From Candidatus Dormiibacterota bacterium (GTDB taxonomy: Bacteria > Chloroflexota > Dormibacteria > Aeolococcales > Aeolococcaceae), in NCBI GenBank assembly GCA_003162415.1, contig PMOL01000012.1:16728-80727 (forward strand): a DNA stretch of 64,000 nt, given 5' to 3'. Both the position numbers and the translations under genes were made by a program. Positions 39,226 through 48,681 of this stretch are shown here, piece by piece. The notes under the pieces were generated by a model that had not been told where the DNA came from, made no database searches, and saw only the letters and a list, made by a program, of their open reading frames with translations. Numbering within the stretch: the stretch's first letter is position 1; every line of letters starts with the position of its first letter.

Positions 39226-39930
39226 GTGGACGTCGATGCCGCCCGCCGCGCGGCCGGGGAAGCCGCGGTGCCATTGGTCGAGGACGGTATGCGCGTCGGT
39301 CTTGGAACCGGGTCGACGGCACGCTGGTTCATCCTCGGCCTCGCCGAGCGGGTCCGTCAGGGCCTGACGATCCGCGCGGTCGCAACCTCGCTGGCGAGCG
39401 CGTCGCTGGCGACCGAGGGAGGCATCCTCGTGGAGGAGCTTGGGCCCGACGGTCTCGACATCGCCGTCGACGGCGCCGACAGCGTCGACCCGGCGCTGCG
39501 CCTGATCAAGGGCCGGGGTGGGGCGATGCTGCGCGAGAAGATCGTCGCTGCCTCGGCGGCGCGGTATGTGGTTATTGTCGACGACAGCAAATACATGCCC
39601 GGCCTGTGCGGCCAGGTTCCTGTCGAGGTGATCCCGTTCGGAGGCGCCAGGACGCTCCGGACGCTCGCCCAACGAACGTCGATGGCATTCGCATTTCGCA
39701 CCGGCCCCGATGGACAGCCCTTCATCACCGACAACGGCAATCTCGTGGCCGACAGCGAATACACGGAGGTGACCGATCCACCGGCGCTGGCGGAGATGAT
39801 CCGCTCCGTCCCCGGGGTTGCCGGTGACGGGCTCTTCCTCGGGATGACGGATCTCGTGCTGATCGGGCACGGCGATGGGAGCGTCGAGCAATTGACCGCT
39901 CCTGGAGATACAGTCGCCTCGGGCGGATAG
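39226..39930 (+). CDS. rpiA: Ribose-5-phosphate isomerase A
   Basis: GLGTGSTARWF, DGADSVD, KGRGGAMLREK. The last 10 nt run into tRNA-Val. Confidence 0.9.
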   Translation: MDVDAARRAAGEAAVPLVEDGMRVGLGTGSTARWFILGLAERVRQGLTIRAVATSLASASLATEGGILVEELGPDGLDIAVDGADSVDPALRLIKGRGGAMLREKIVAASAARYVVIVDDSKYMPGLCGQVPVEVIPFGGARTLRTLAQRTSMAFAFRTGPDGQPFITDNGNLVADSEYTEVTDPPALAEMIRSVPGVAGDGLFLGMTDLVLIGHGDGSVEQLTAPGDTVASGG

Positions 39931-39994
39931 CTCAGCTGGTTAGAGCGCCTCGCTTACACCGAGGAGGTCGCGGGTTCGATCCCTGCTCCGCCCA
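39921..39994 (+). tRNA. tRNA-Val (anticodon TAC)
   Basis: GGGCGGA/TCCGCCC acceptor, D arm GCTCAGCTGGTTAGAGC, anticodon arm CCTCG-CTTACAC-CGAGG, T arm GCGGG-TTCGATC-CCTGC. CCA not encoded. Confidence 0.9.
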
Positions 39995-40075
39995 CGTCCG
40001 GTCGCCGCCAGCGACAGGTCGCGATGTGTCCGCGACGCGTCACGCTCTCGAAAGGGTGCAGGGGCGACGATCACC

Positions 40076-40104
40076 GCGGTTGGTTGCGGTTGGTCGCGGT
40101 TGGA
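40076..40104 (+). promoter_or_regulatory. Three direct GCGGTTGG(T/A) repeats at 10-bp phasing upstream of the efflux operon
   Basis: GCGGTTGGT t GCGGTTGGT c GCGGTTGGA at 40076, 40086 and 40096, 23 bp upstream of GTG 40127. The geometry fits OmpR/PhoB-type response-regulator sites. Confidence 0.4.
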
Positions 40105-40126
40105 CGTGTTTTGGGAGTTATGCATT

Positions 40127-41620
40127 GTGAGACGGCGTTTGCTGAGCAAGCCCTCCATCATCGGCATCGCCGTGGTGCTGGTCGCCGCCGGCGTGGGAGC
40201 GTTCTTTTTCACGCGCGGCGCCGCGGCGACCGCCTCGTACCGGACCGGCGTCGCAACGCTTGGGACGGTGACGCAGACGGTGTCGTTGTCAGGGAACCTC
40301 GCTCCCGACGGCGAGACCGATCTCGACTTCGCCGGTGCGGGGAAGGTGACCGCTGTGAACGTTCAGTCGGGACAGGCGGTCGCCGCCGGCCAGGTGCTGG
40401 CGACCCAGGATCCGACGACCGTTGACGCAAGCCTGACCCAGGCGGAGGCCACCCTTGCATCGGCGCAGGCGAACCTGACACAAGCCGAGGCAGGCACGTC
40501 CGCCTCCAACCTCGTGCAGGCCGAGGCTCAGGTCAGCAGCTCATACGTCTCATATCAGAACGCCGTGACCAGCCTGGCCGACACCAAAGCCGTAAATGCG
40601 CAGATGGTCGCGCAGTCCTACAGCGCCTATACGACTGCGCAGGCATCGGCCACCGCCGCGGGCTGCACAGCCTCTGACACCACACCGCCCTGTCCACAGG
40701 ACGAGGCCGCGGTCACTCAGGCCTATCAGGCGTGGCAGGCGGCAGAGGTCAAGAGCACGCAGGCCAATGACCAGGCCCAGGGTCAGGTCAACTCCGACAA
40801 GGTGCAGTGGCAGAACGCGAAGTCGTCGCTCGCAGCTCTTGGGAGCACATCGACGACGACAGCAGCACAGATCGCGGTTGCACAGAGTCAGGTCCAGATC
40901 GATGAGGTCAACCTGAGCAGTGCGCAGGCCGCGGTCGCGGCGGCCACGCTCAAGGCGTCGACGGGCGGCACCGTCGAAGAGGTCAACCTCACTACTGGGC
41001 AACAGATTTCGAGCGGTGGCACCGGCGGCGCCTCGTCCGCGAGCGGGACCGCGACGCATGCCATCGTCATCATCACCCCGGGGGTCTTCGAGGTGACCGG
41101 TTCGGTGAGCGACGCACTGGTCAACGAGATCGCGGTGGGACAGACTGCACAGGTCGTGGCCGCCGGGTCGAGCACAGCGGTCGCGGGCAAAGTGACCTCG
41201 GTCGCCGAGGCCGCGACGGTCACATCGGGCGTTGCGACCTTCCCGGTGACAGTCGTGCTGAGTGGCGCGAATCCCGCGCTGCGTCCGGGGATGTCCGCAT
41301 CAGTGAGCGTGGTCATCAACCAGGTCGTCGGTGTCATCACGGTGCCCACCAGCGCCGTGCACACGACCGGCGCGGGCAGCACGGTGACGCTGTTCGTCAA
41401 CGGCAAGCCGGTTCCCACCCCGGTGACCGTCGGCGCGTCCGATGCCACCCTCACCCAGATCCTCACCGGGGTCAAGGTGGGTGACCAGGTGGTCATCGCG
41501 ACCATCACCAGCACGATTCCGTCGTCCACCACCGGGACCGGGCGCAGCCTCACCGGCGGCGGCTTCGGGGGAGGCGGTTTCGGCGGCGGTGGTGGCGGCG
41601 GGGTTCGCGCCGGAGGGTGA
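40127..41620 (+). CDS. HlyD/MacA-type periplasmic adaptor (membrane fusion protein) with Gly-rich tail
   Basis: Start set at GTG 40127 (GGGAG RBS 9 nt upstream); the tracked TTG 40100 lies inside the repeats. N-terminal TM anchor, long Q/A coiled-coil hairpin, beta-barrel domains, C-terminal GGGFGGGGFGGGGGGG. Confidence 0.8.
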   Translation: MRRRLLSKPSIIGIAVVLVAAGVGAFFFTRGAAATASYRTGVATLGTVTQTVSLSGNLAPDGETDLDFAGAGKVTAVNVQSGQAVAAGQVLATQDPTTVDASLTQAEATLASAQANLTQAEAGTSASNLVQAEAQVSSSYVSYQNAVTSLADTKAVNAQMVAQSYSAYTTAQASATAAGCTASDTTPPCPQDEAAVTQAYQAWQAAEVKSTQANDQAQGQVNSDKVQWQNAKSSLAALGSTSTTTAAQIAVAQSQVQIDEVNLSSAQAAVAAATLKASTGGTVEEVNLTTGQQISSGGTGGASSASGTATHAIVIITPGVFEVTGSVSDALVNEIAVGQTAQVVAAGSSTAVAGKVTSVAEAATVTSGVATFPVTVVLSGANPALRPGMSASVSVVINQVVGVITVPTSAVHTTGAGSTVTLFVNGKPVPTPVTVGASDATLTQILTGVKVGDQVVIATITSTIPSSTTGTGRSLTGGGFGGGGFGGGGGGGVRAGG

Positions 41621-41621
41621 T

Positions 41622-42302
41622 GTGACCGCAGAGATCATTCGGCTTGCCGATGTGAGCAAAATCTATGGCAGTGGAGATGCGACGGTTCACGCCGTCGACC
41701 ATGTGTCGCTCTCGGTCAAGGAGGGGGATTTCCTTGCGGTGATGGGCCCTTCCGGGTCCGGCAAGTCGACGCTCATGCACATCCTCGGATGTCTCGATAT
41801 CCCGACGAGCGGTGAGTATCTGTTCGCCGGCGAGGACGTGAGCCGCATGGATGAACGCGAGCTCGCCAGCATTCGCAATCGCCGCATCGGTTTTGTCTTC
41901 CAGCAGTTCCACCTGCTCTCGTCGATGTCGGCATGGCGCAACGTGGAGCTCCCGTTGCTCTACCGGGCAGCGAAGGATCGCAGGCAGATGGCGATGAACG
42001 CGCTTGCGCAGGTGGGACTGACCGACCGCATCACGCACCGGCCCAATGAACTCTCCGGTGGCCAGCAGCAACGCGTCGCAATCGCGCGGGCGCTGGTGAC
42101 CGACCCGACCATGATCCTTGCGGACGAGCCCACGGGCAATCTCGATTCCAAGGCGAGCCGGGAGGTCCTCGACATCCTGACCGGGCTCAACAAGTCGGGC
42201 CATACCATCGTCCTGATCACACACGACCCGAATGTCGCGGGCGTCGCGGAGCGCGTTGTCGAGATGGCGGACGGACGCCTTCGCGACCGGGTTGCCGCAT
42301 GA
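41622..42302 (+). CDS. MacB/LolD-type ABC transporter ATP-binding protein
   Basis: GTG 41622, 1 nt after the adaptor stop: [11 protein letters not shown]...GPSGSGKST...[15 protein letters not shown]...[11 protein letters not shown]. Confidence 0.92.
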   Translation: MTAEIIRLADVSKIYGSGDATVHAVDHVSLSVKEGDFLAVMGPSGSGKSTLMHILGCLDIPTSGEYLFAGEDVSRMDERELASIRNRRIGFVFQQFHLLSSMSAWRNVELPLLYRAAKDRRQMAMNALAQVGLTDRITHRPNELSGGQQQRVAIARALVTDPTMILADEPTGNLDSKASREVLDILTGLNKSGHTIVLITHDPNVAGVAERVVEMADGRLRDRVAA

Positions 42303-43516
42303 ACCTCCTGCGCACGTTCGACACGGGCATGCGTGGCCTGCTCGGTCACCGCCTGCGCTCGATCCTGACGACGCTCGGCATCCTCTTCGGCGTCGCGGCA
42401 GTGATCTGCACCGTCGGCATCGGCACGGCTTCGGCTGATTCCGTCAACTCGCGAATCGCGGCGCTGGGCACCAACCTCCTCACCGTCTCGCCGGGAAGCA
42501 CGACGAGCTTCGGTGTGCGTGGGGGATCAGGATCTGCGAACACGCTGACCATGGAGGACGTCGCGGGGCTCGCGGACAAGCAGGATGCCCCTGACGTTGC
42601 TGCGGTTGCGCCGGTGGTCTCGGGGACGGCCACGCTCGTGAGCACGAGCACCAACTGGTCGACGACGGTGAACGGCAGCAGCCCCGGATGGCTCGTGACC
42701 AACGCTCGGTCCCTCGCAGCCGGGGTCTTCTTCACGCAGCAGCAGGTCAACCAGCACGCCCAGGTTGTCGTCCTCGGCACCACGACCGCGCAGGACCTCG
42801 GAGTCACGGTCGGCTCGCAGGTGACCATCTCGGGTGCGCCGTTCGATGTCGTCGGCATCTTGACCGCGACCGGCAGCACCGGGTTCACCAACAACGATGA
42901 CCTGGCGGTCGTTCCGATCACCACGGCTCAGGACCAGATCACCGGTGGCAGCCCCGATTCGGTGCAGCGAATCCTGCTGAGCGCAACGAGCAGCGCGACC
43001 ATCGGCTCCGCCTACCTCGAAGCCGATCAACTGCTGCTGCAGACGCACCACATCACCAACACCGCGACGGCGGATTTCAACATCACCTCCGCGTCGACGC
43101 TCGCGAGCACCGCGGCCTCGGTGACCACGACCCTCACCATCCTGCTCGCCAGCGTGGCCGCAATCTCCCTGCTCGTCGGAGGCATCGGCGTGATGAACAT
43201 CATGCTGGTGTCGGTCACCGAGCGGACCCAGGAGATCGGGCTGCGCAAGGCGCTCGGGGCGACTCCTCGAGACCTGCTCCGTCAGTTCCTCATCGAAGCG
43301 GCCACGCTGAGCTTCATCGGAGGCGTGCTCGGTGTCGGAGCGGGTCTGCTCGCCGGATTCCTGGTGCCGCGCCTCGCCGGCATCGCGGTGACCATCACGG
43401 CGACTCCGGTGATCATCTCCGTTTGCGTTGCGGCCGGAGTTGGCCTGATCTTCGGTGTCTACCCGGCGGCGCGCGCCGCTCGACTTGCGCCGATTGCCGC
43501 ATTGCGAGCCGAATGA
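42299..43516 (+). CDS. MacB-type ABC permease (FtsX-like fold with large periplasmic domain)
   Basis: N-terminal TM, ~220-aa periplasmic domain, three C-terminal TMs with ...[28 protein letters not shown]... Confidence 0.9.
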   Translation: MNLLRTFDTGMRGLLGHRLRSILTTLGILFGVAAVICTVGIGTASADSVNSRIAALGTNLLTVSPGSTTSFGVRGGSGSANTLTMEDVAGLADKQDAPDVAAVAPVVSGTATLVSTSTNWSTTVNGSSPGWLVTNARSLAAGVFFTQQQVNQHAQVVVLGTTTAQDLGVTVGSQVTISGAPFDVVGILTATGSTGFTNNDDLAVVPITTAQDQITGGSPDSVQRILLSATSSATIGSAYLEADQLLLQTHHITNTATADFNITSASTLASTAASVTTTLTILLASVAAISLLVGGIGVMNIMLVSVTERTQEIGLRKALGATPRDLLRQFLIEAATLSFIGGVLGVGAGLLAGFLVPRLAGIAVTITATPVIISVCVAAGVGLIFGVYPAARAARLAPIAALRAE

Positions 43517-43553
43517 AGCTTGAACGCAGTCATCCTGTTGGGAGAAAGACCTC

Positions 43554-44366
43554 ATGAACCGTGCCATTCTCGGCGCCGCAGGCGTCATGGCCAGCCTTGG
43601 TATCGCCGCCTGCGGGAGCGCCGCCGCCAGTGGAGGGACGACCCCCTCCGCGTCGCCGTCAACCGGCGGTAGAGGCGCCTTCACACGAAACGCGGCCTTC
43701 GGACAGCTCGTCCAGATCAAGACGTCAACACTGATCCTCAGCAGCAGTACCGGTGATGCGACGGTGACGTACGCTCCGACTACCACGATCACCCAGACGA
43801 GCACCGGGTCTCTCGCGAACATCACCTCGGGCATGTGCATCACTGCGACCGGTACCAAAGACGCGACCGGGACGCTGACCGCGACCACGGTCCTCCTGAG
43901 TGCGCCCGTGAGCGGCTCCTGCACCACCGGGGGATTTGGCGGAGGCGGCACGTTCTCGCCCCCCGCCGGTGCGACTCCTCGGCCGAGCTTCTCGCCGCCC
44001 GCCGGCGCCGCCGGTCTCACCGCTGCGCGTGGCCTCGTCAAGTCAGTGACCGGGACCTCGGTCACGCTCACCGAGTCAACCGGCACCGTGCTGACCATCA
44101 ACGTCCCGACCACCGTGAGGGTGACCACATCGACCGTGATCAAGGCCACGGCGCTCCAGACCGGTGAGTGCGTGACCGCGATCGGGCCGAAGGACAGCGC
44201 CGGGACGGTTGCGGCACGATCGCTGACGATCACGCCCCCGACGGCCACCGGCTGCACTGCGGGCTTCGGCCGCGGCGGCTTCGGGGGCGGCGGCGGGTTT
44301 GGCGGAGGCGGTGGTGGCTTCGGAGGCGGCGGTGGCTTCGGCGGCAGTGGCTCAACGAGCGCCTAG
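43554..44366 (+). CDS. Secreted protein with two DUF5666-like beta repeats and Gly-rich spacers/tail
   Basis: Lipoprotein-like signal (LGIAAC). Repeats GQLVQIKTSTLILSS...ITATGTKDATGTLTATTVLL and GLVKSVTGTSVTLTES...VTAIGPKDSAGTVAARSLTI. Tail GGFGGGGGFGGGGGGFGGGGGFGG. Confidence 0.6.
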   Translation: MNRAILGAAGVMASLGIAACGSAAASGGTTPSASPSTGGRGAFTRNAAFGQLVQIKTSTLILSSSTGDATVTYAPTTTITQTSTGSLANITSGMCITATGTKDATGTLTATTVLLSAPVSGSCTTGGFGGGGTFSPPAGATPRPSFSPPAGAAGLTAARGLVKSVTGTSVTLTESTGTVLTINVPTTVRVTTSTVIKATALQTGECVTAIGPKDSAGTVAARSLTITPPTATGCTAGFGRGGFGGGGGFGGGGGGFGGGGGFGGSGSTSA

Positions 44367-44379
44367 CCTGGAGAACTGA

Positions 44380-45048
44380 GTGCGTGTACTCGTAGCAGAG
44401 GACGATCGCGGGCTCCGCGAGGTCCTGGTCCAGGGCCTCGAGGAGGCCGGCTACTTCGTCGACGCCGTCGCGGCGGGCGACGAGGCGATCGAACAGCTGC
44501 GCTTTTACGAGTACGACGTCGCCGTGATCGACTGGCGGATGCCTCGAGTCAGCGGCCTCGAGGTCGTCGCGTGGGCCCGCCGCCACAACCGCCCGACGGC
44601 CATGTTGATGCTGACCGCACGCGACACGCCGTCTGACCGGATCGAGGGACTCGATGCCGGAGCCGACGACTACCTGATCAAGCCGTTCGACTTCGGCGAG
44701 CTCGTGGCCCGGATACGGGCATTGCAGCGTCGACCCCGCAGCGTCGACGGTCCGGCGATCACGCGCGGAGCGCTGACCCTGGACCCCGCCCGGCGAGAGA
44801 TCGACGTCCACGGGACCCCGGTGAACCTGACGTCGACCGAGTTCAACATCCTCGAGCTGTTGCTCCGGCGGTCGCCGGCAGTCGTCGACCGCAAGGCCAT
44901 CGCCGAGCACGCCTGGCGCGACGAGACGCAGCCCCTCGGGTCCAACGCAATTGACGTCCAGATGAGCCGGCTGCGCGCCAAGCTGCCCAACACCGGTATC
45001 CAGATCGTGACGGTACGGGGCTCGGGGTACCGACTGGAGGAGGCATGA
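44380..45048 (+). CDS. OmpR/PhoB-family response regulator
   Basis: VRVLVAEDD...DVAVIDWRMP...LMLTARD; winged-helix ...TSTEFNILELL...VTVRGSGYRL. Confidence 0.92.
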   Translation: MRVLVAEDDRGLREVLVQGLEEAGYFVDAVAAGDEAIEQLRFYEYDVAVIDWRMPRVSGLEVVAWARRHNRPTAMLMLTARDTPSDRIEGLDAGADDYLIKPFDFGELVARIRALQRRPRSVDGPAITRGALTLDPARREIDVHGTPVNLTSTEFNILELLLRRSPAVVDRKAIAEHAWRDETQPLGSNAIDVQMSRLRAKLPNTGIQIVTVRGSGYRLEEA

Positions 45049-46409
45049 ACCGGCGCCTCGAGCGGGTCAATGTCGCCTCGCTGCGGGTGGCGCTGATCAG
45101 CACCGGAGTCGTGGCTGTCGTCTACGCCATCGTTTCGATGGCCGTCGTGGTCTTCGTCACGAACAATCTGACCGCCCAGGTTGACAGTCGGCTGAGCAGC
45201 TCGCTGACCACCTACGCAGCCAACCCCCCTGACTTCACGACCGCCGGTGCGGTGAGCGACACTGGGGGAGGAGGACTCGACTCGCCGACGCTCGTCTGGA
45301 TGATCTACCCGCCGGGGGCACTGCCCTTGGGCGTGACTCAAGTGACGAGTGTCGCTGACCGCACCGCGCTCCCCGCGGCGGACGCCAGCATCACTGATCC
45401 GACCACTATCAGCATCAAAGGCGTGGACGTGCGGATTGCCGGGGCCTCCCTCGCCTCCATCCGGGTGCGCACGCCGTTCGGCCCCGTGGTGAGCTCGGCG
45501 CGCCTGGTCGTCGGCTACAACGTCGAGTCCGTTTCCCAGGCGCGGTCGTCTCTGGCAGTTACCGAGGCCGCAGCCGGGGTGATCGTGCTGCTGCTGGTAT
45601 TCGGCGGCACGCTGTTCGTCGGCCGGCGGGTCGGCGCCCCGATCGAACTTGCCCGGCAGCGCCAGCTCGAGTTCACCGCCGACGCCTCTCACGAGTTGCG
45701 GACGCCTCTTGCCGTGATCGAGGCGCAGACCAGCCTGGCGCTCAACCACGACCGGGACCCGGCCTGGTATCGGCATGCCTTCGAGCGGGTCGGCTCCGAG
45801 AGCGGCAGGATTCGCCGCCTGGTCGACGACCTGCTTTGGCTCGCGCGCGTTGACACGCCCCAGGGACGTCCGGCTGCGGAGCCGGTCGAGGTCGGCGTGG
45901 TGGTCCACCAGTCCGCTGAACGGTTCGCGGCGGTGGCTGAGAGCCGCGGGATCACGCTCCAGGTGTCGGTCGGCTCGGGACCGCTGGTGATCATGGGTTC
46001 GTCCGAGTGGCTGGATCGGCTGCTCGGAGTGCTCCTCGACAACGCCTTCAAGTACGCCCCCCAGGGCGGTGTCGTGGCCGTGAGCGTCGGCGCCGATGGC
46101 AACCGGGTTCGCCTGGCGGTCGAGGACTCCGGCCCGGGTATCCCGGATGACGAACGCCCCAAGATCTTCGATCGCTTCCATCGAGCCGAAGCACAGGGCG
46201 GCTATGGATCCGGGCTCGGACTGGCGATCGCGGATGCCGTCGTCCGGCACACCCATGGCCGCTGGGAGGTGAACACCTCGACGCTCGGGGGCGCTAGGAT
46301 GGCCGTCGGCTGGGCTCGTGTCCTGACCAGCTCCAAGGATCCTGGCGAGCCGGATCCGCCGGTCAGCTGGACGGTCCCGGCAGCCCCGCCGCCCCCCGCT
46401 GAGGCCTAG
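45045..46409 (+). CDS. Sensor histidine kinase (two TM, HAMP-like, HisKA, HATPase_c)
   Basis: FTADASHELRTPLAVI (H-box), ...LLDNAFKYAP..., EDSGPGIP, GSGLGLAIA. Overlaps the RR stop. Confidence 0.9.
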   Translation: MNRRLERVNVASLRVALISTGVVAVVYAIVSMAVVVFVTNNLTAQVDSRLSSSLTTYAANPPDFTTAGAVSDTGGGGLDSPTLVWMIYPPGALPLGVTQVTSVADRTALPAADASITDPTTISIKGVDVRIAGASLASIRVRTPFGPVVSSARLVVGYNVESVSQARSSLAVTEAAAGVIVLLLVFGGTLFVGRRVGAPIELARQRQLEFTADASHELRTPLAVIEAQTSLALNHDRDPAWYRHAFERVGSESGRIRRLVDDLLWLARVDTPQGRPAAEPVEVGVVVHQSAERFAAVAESRGITLQVSVGSGPLVIMGSSEWLDRLLGVLLDNAFKYAPQGGVVAVSVGADGNRVRLAVEDSGPGIPDDERPKIFDRFHRAEAQGGYGSGLGLAIADAVVRHTHGRWEVNTSTLGGARMAVGWARVLTSSKDPGEPDPPVSWTVPAAPPPPAEA

Positions 46410-46523
46410 CGACGGGCCGCCCCGCGAGATCGGGGAGGGGAAAAACCCAACTCCGGGTGGCACAATTCGGCCAGTTCGTGCCATCATAGTCCGAAACCAA
46501 CCGAGTCTGGAGGAGGCCGGAGC

Positions 46524-47252
46524 ATGACCAAGGGAGCTATGGCGGCGCTGAGCGCGGGGGTTGCCGTCTTCGGGTTCGACCCTGAACCTGGGACCCCAGC
46601 GAGCCGGGCGTTGCACGTGCTCACCATGAAACGGACCCTTCCGACGGGCGATCTCGGCCCCAGGGAGCGGTTCCCTGAGGCGGCGGTGCGCGCCGCCGGC
46701 GAGGCCGGCATCGATCTCGGAGGCCGGCGTGGCGCCCGCGGTGCCCAGCGTCTCCACCTGGTAGGCGTCGACGACGATCCGGCGCGGGCTCGGAGCGTCA
46801 CCGTCTGGTACTACGCGGCCGCGCCCTACGGGGCGGTCCCAGGCCCGGGTGTCTGGTCGCCAACGGGTCGAGGGCTGCACCTCGACGCTCCCGGGGCCAC
46901 AGCCCTGCGTGCCGCCCTCGACCGGCTTCGGGCCGACACCCGTCAGCTCGCCGGTGCCGCGGCCCTGGTTGGGGACGTGTTCACCGGGGACGACCTGCTT
47001 CGCCTCCACGTGGCTCTGCACGGTGGGCCCGAGGGCAGCGAGCGAACCTTCCGGCGGCGCATCCAGGAGTTGCGCGATTCCGGCGTGCTCCGCCCCGTCC
47101 GCGACACCGAGGTGGCCGCACTGCGCCTCCGGGTGCCTCGATTCCGCTCGCCCGCGGGAACCGGGGGCAGGCCCCCCGAGCTCCTCCGCTACTCGGGTGC
47201 CGGTGGCGAGGACGAGCAGCTGGCAGCGCTCAGGGCACGTCGGGCGGGCTGA
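46524..47252 (+). CDS. Nudix-like domain protein with degenerate Nudix box and C-terminal winged-helix (NrtR-like architecture)
   Basis: GDLGPRERFPEAAVRAAGEAGI resembles GX5EX7REUXEEXGU but lacks the catalytic Glu pair. C-terminus FTGDDLLRLHVALHG...TFRRRIQELRDSGVL is wHTH-like. Assignment by eye only. Confidence 0.4.
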   Translation: MTKGAMAALSAGVAVFGFDPEPGTPASRALHVLTMKRTLPTGDLGPRERFPEAAVRAAGEAGIDLGGRRGARGAQRLHLVGVDDDPARARSVTVWYYAAAPYGAVPGPGVWSPTGRGLHLDAPGATALRAALDRLRADTRQLAGAAALVGDVFTGDDLLRLHVALHGGPEGSERTFRRRIQELRDSGVLRPVRDTEVAALRLRVPRFRSPAGTGGRPPELLRYSGAGGEDEQLAALRARRAG

Positions 47253-47259
47253 TCCGGCG

Positions 47260-47727
47260 CTACCCGGCGTCGGCGGGCCAGTCGGGCTCGGCGCTGGTCA
47301 GGACCAGCGTCACCGGCCCGTCGTTGACGAGGTCGACAGCCATATGGGCGCCGAAGGTGCCCGTCTCGACGTGGTGCCCGAGCTGCCGTAGCGCCGCGAC
47401 GAAGCCTTCGTAGAGCTCGGCGGCCCGCTCAGGCGTCGCGGCGCGCACGAAGGACGGGCGGTGGCCGCGGGAGGTTTCCGCGTGCAGCGTGAACTGGCTC
47501 ACGACCAGGACGGCGCCGCCGGAGGTCGCCAGGTCGAGATTCATCCGGCCGTCGGCGTCGGAGAAGATCCGGAGCGTTGCGATCCTGCCGGCGAAGCGCT
47601 GCGCGACCGCCTCGTCGTCGTTGGGGCCGACCGAGAGCAGGACGCAGAGCCCCGCCTCGATGGCGCCCACCGTCGCCGAACCGACGTCGACCCGGGCACG
47701 GCTGACCCGCTGAACGACCGCCCTCAC
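47260..47727 (-). CDS. dtd: D-aminoacyl-tRNA deacylase
   Basis: GTG 47727: VRAVVQRVSRARV...LLVSQFTLHA...RPSF...NDGPVTL. The tracked upstream extension is an artefact. Confidence 0.9.
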   Translation of the reverse strand: MRAVVQRVSRARVDVGSATVGAIEAGLCVLLSVGPNDDEAVAQRFAGRIATLRIFSDADGRMNLDLATSGGAVLVVSQFTLHAETSRGHRPSFVRAATPERAAELYEGFVAALRQLGHHVETGTFGAHMAVDLVNDGPVTLVLTSAEPDWPADAG

Positions 47728-48371
47728 TCGAGGAAGCGCAGGCCGCGCCACATCCGCATTGCTTCCGCCTCGGCTTCGAGAAAGCTCGGCCGTGAATCGC
47801 GCATGCCATGCACGAGGAAGCTCCAGGCCCGGCGTTCGCCGTCGGCGCCGTCGATGGTCCCGAAGGCGCTGCCGAGCGCACGTGGCGGGTACATCTCGAT
47901 CCGGTTGCCGTCGCGCATCCGCTTGAAGATCGGGCGGCGCACCAGGATCGACTCGAGCGCCCGCCGGTCCGTGAGCCTGCCGTTCCGGAGGTCGACGATG
48001 CGCAGCTTGGCGATCGGGTTGTCCGGGTCGCGGATGTCGACCCTGCACGAGAAGCGCTCGGAGAGATCGCGGAGCACAAAGACGAGCGCGAGCGCGTCGG
48101 TCTCGTCGCCGGCAACGCGAATGAATCCGGCGGCGGAGAGATTGGTCCCCTGCGGGTCATCGCGGAGATCAGCGGCCACGGCCTGCTCGAAGAAGAGTTG
48201 GGCGAAAAGATCGGTCGACGCGGCGTCAGCCAGCCAGGGGAGCTGGTCGCGCCATTCCCGGCTGGTGATGAGGTCGGTGAACCGGTCCTGTAATCGATCC
48301 CGGTCGGCTGCTGCGACCCCGCGCACGCGAACGTGGATGACCCGGGCCATGCTTTGATTGTACGGGCGCAT
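47724..48371 (-). CDS. Hypothetical protein translationally coupled to dtd
   Basis: 215 aa (or from M8, MARVIHVRVRG...). Its stop overlaps the dtd GTG (GTGA). No family recognised. Confidence 0.55.
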   Translation of the reverse strand: MRPYNQSMARVIHVRVRGVAAADRDRLQDRFTDLITSREWRDQLPWLADAASTDLFAQLFFEQAVAADLRDDPQGTNLSAAGFIRVAGDETDALALVFVLRDLSERFSCRVDIRDPDNPIAKLRIVDLRNGRLTDRRALESILVRRPIFKRMRDGNRIEMYPPRALGSAFGTIDGADGERRAWSFLVHGMRDSRPSFLEAEAEAMRMWRGLRFLE

Positions 48372-48430
48372 CCGTGGCCCAAACGCGCCATGGGGAGCGC
48401 AGGGCGTGCCGCTACACTGCGTCGCGGATC

Positions 48431-48506
48431 GCCGAGGTAGCTCAGTTGGTAGAGCACAGGTCTGAAAAACCTGGTGTCGACAGTTCGATTCTGTCCCTCG
48501 GCACCA
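48431..48506 (+). tRNA. tRNA-Phe (anticodon GAA), CCA encoded
   Basis: GCCGAGG/CCTCGGC acceptor, D arm GCTCAGTTGGTAGAGC, anticodon arm CAGGT-CTGAAAA-ACCTG, T arm GACAG-TTCGATT-CTGTC, then ACCA. Confidence 0.92.
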
Positions 48507-48566
48507 CTATTTCGAATACAAAGCTGCACCTTGTGAGCGCAATACGACCACAGATTTGTGTGAAAT

Positions 48567-48588
48567 GACACCTTCGCTGACACCTTCG
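48567..48588 (+). repeat. Tandem GACACCTTCG-ct-GACACCTTCG motif (candidate integrase arm-type sites)
   Basis: Two exact 10-mers, 61 bp after tRNA-Phe and ~95 bp before the integrase start. An inverted copy lies at 58630-58648. Confidence 0.5.
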
Positions 48589-48681
48589 TGAAAGTTTCTC
48601 GCTAGAATCAAAGCGATTCGGCGGAGGTTTCGGGCGACCGAAGCGCTGCTGAAGTGGCTGGCTCGTGGAGGTGATCTGGCG

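Noticed and set aside
42527-44257. 576-aa reverse-strand ORF
   Set aside because: It is antisense to the MacB permease and the DUF5666-like gene. Artefact.
44268-44352. Short-period GGC/GGT DNA repeats (also 41560-41610), considered as a possible CRISPR or tandem-repeat locus
   Set aside because: They encode in-frame poly-Gly/Phe tails of two well-supported exported proteins. There is no repeat-spacer structure. No CRISPR array was seen anywhere in the window.
44670-47021. 783-aa reverse-strand ORF
   Set aside because: It is antisense to the response regulator, histidine kinase and Nudix-like genes, which all have clear motifs. It has no motifs of its own.
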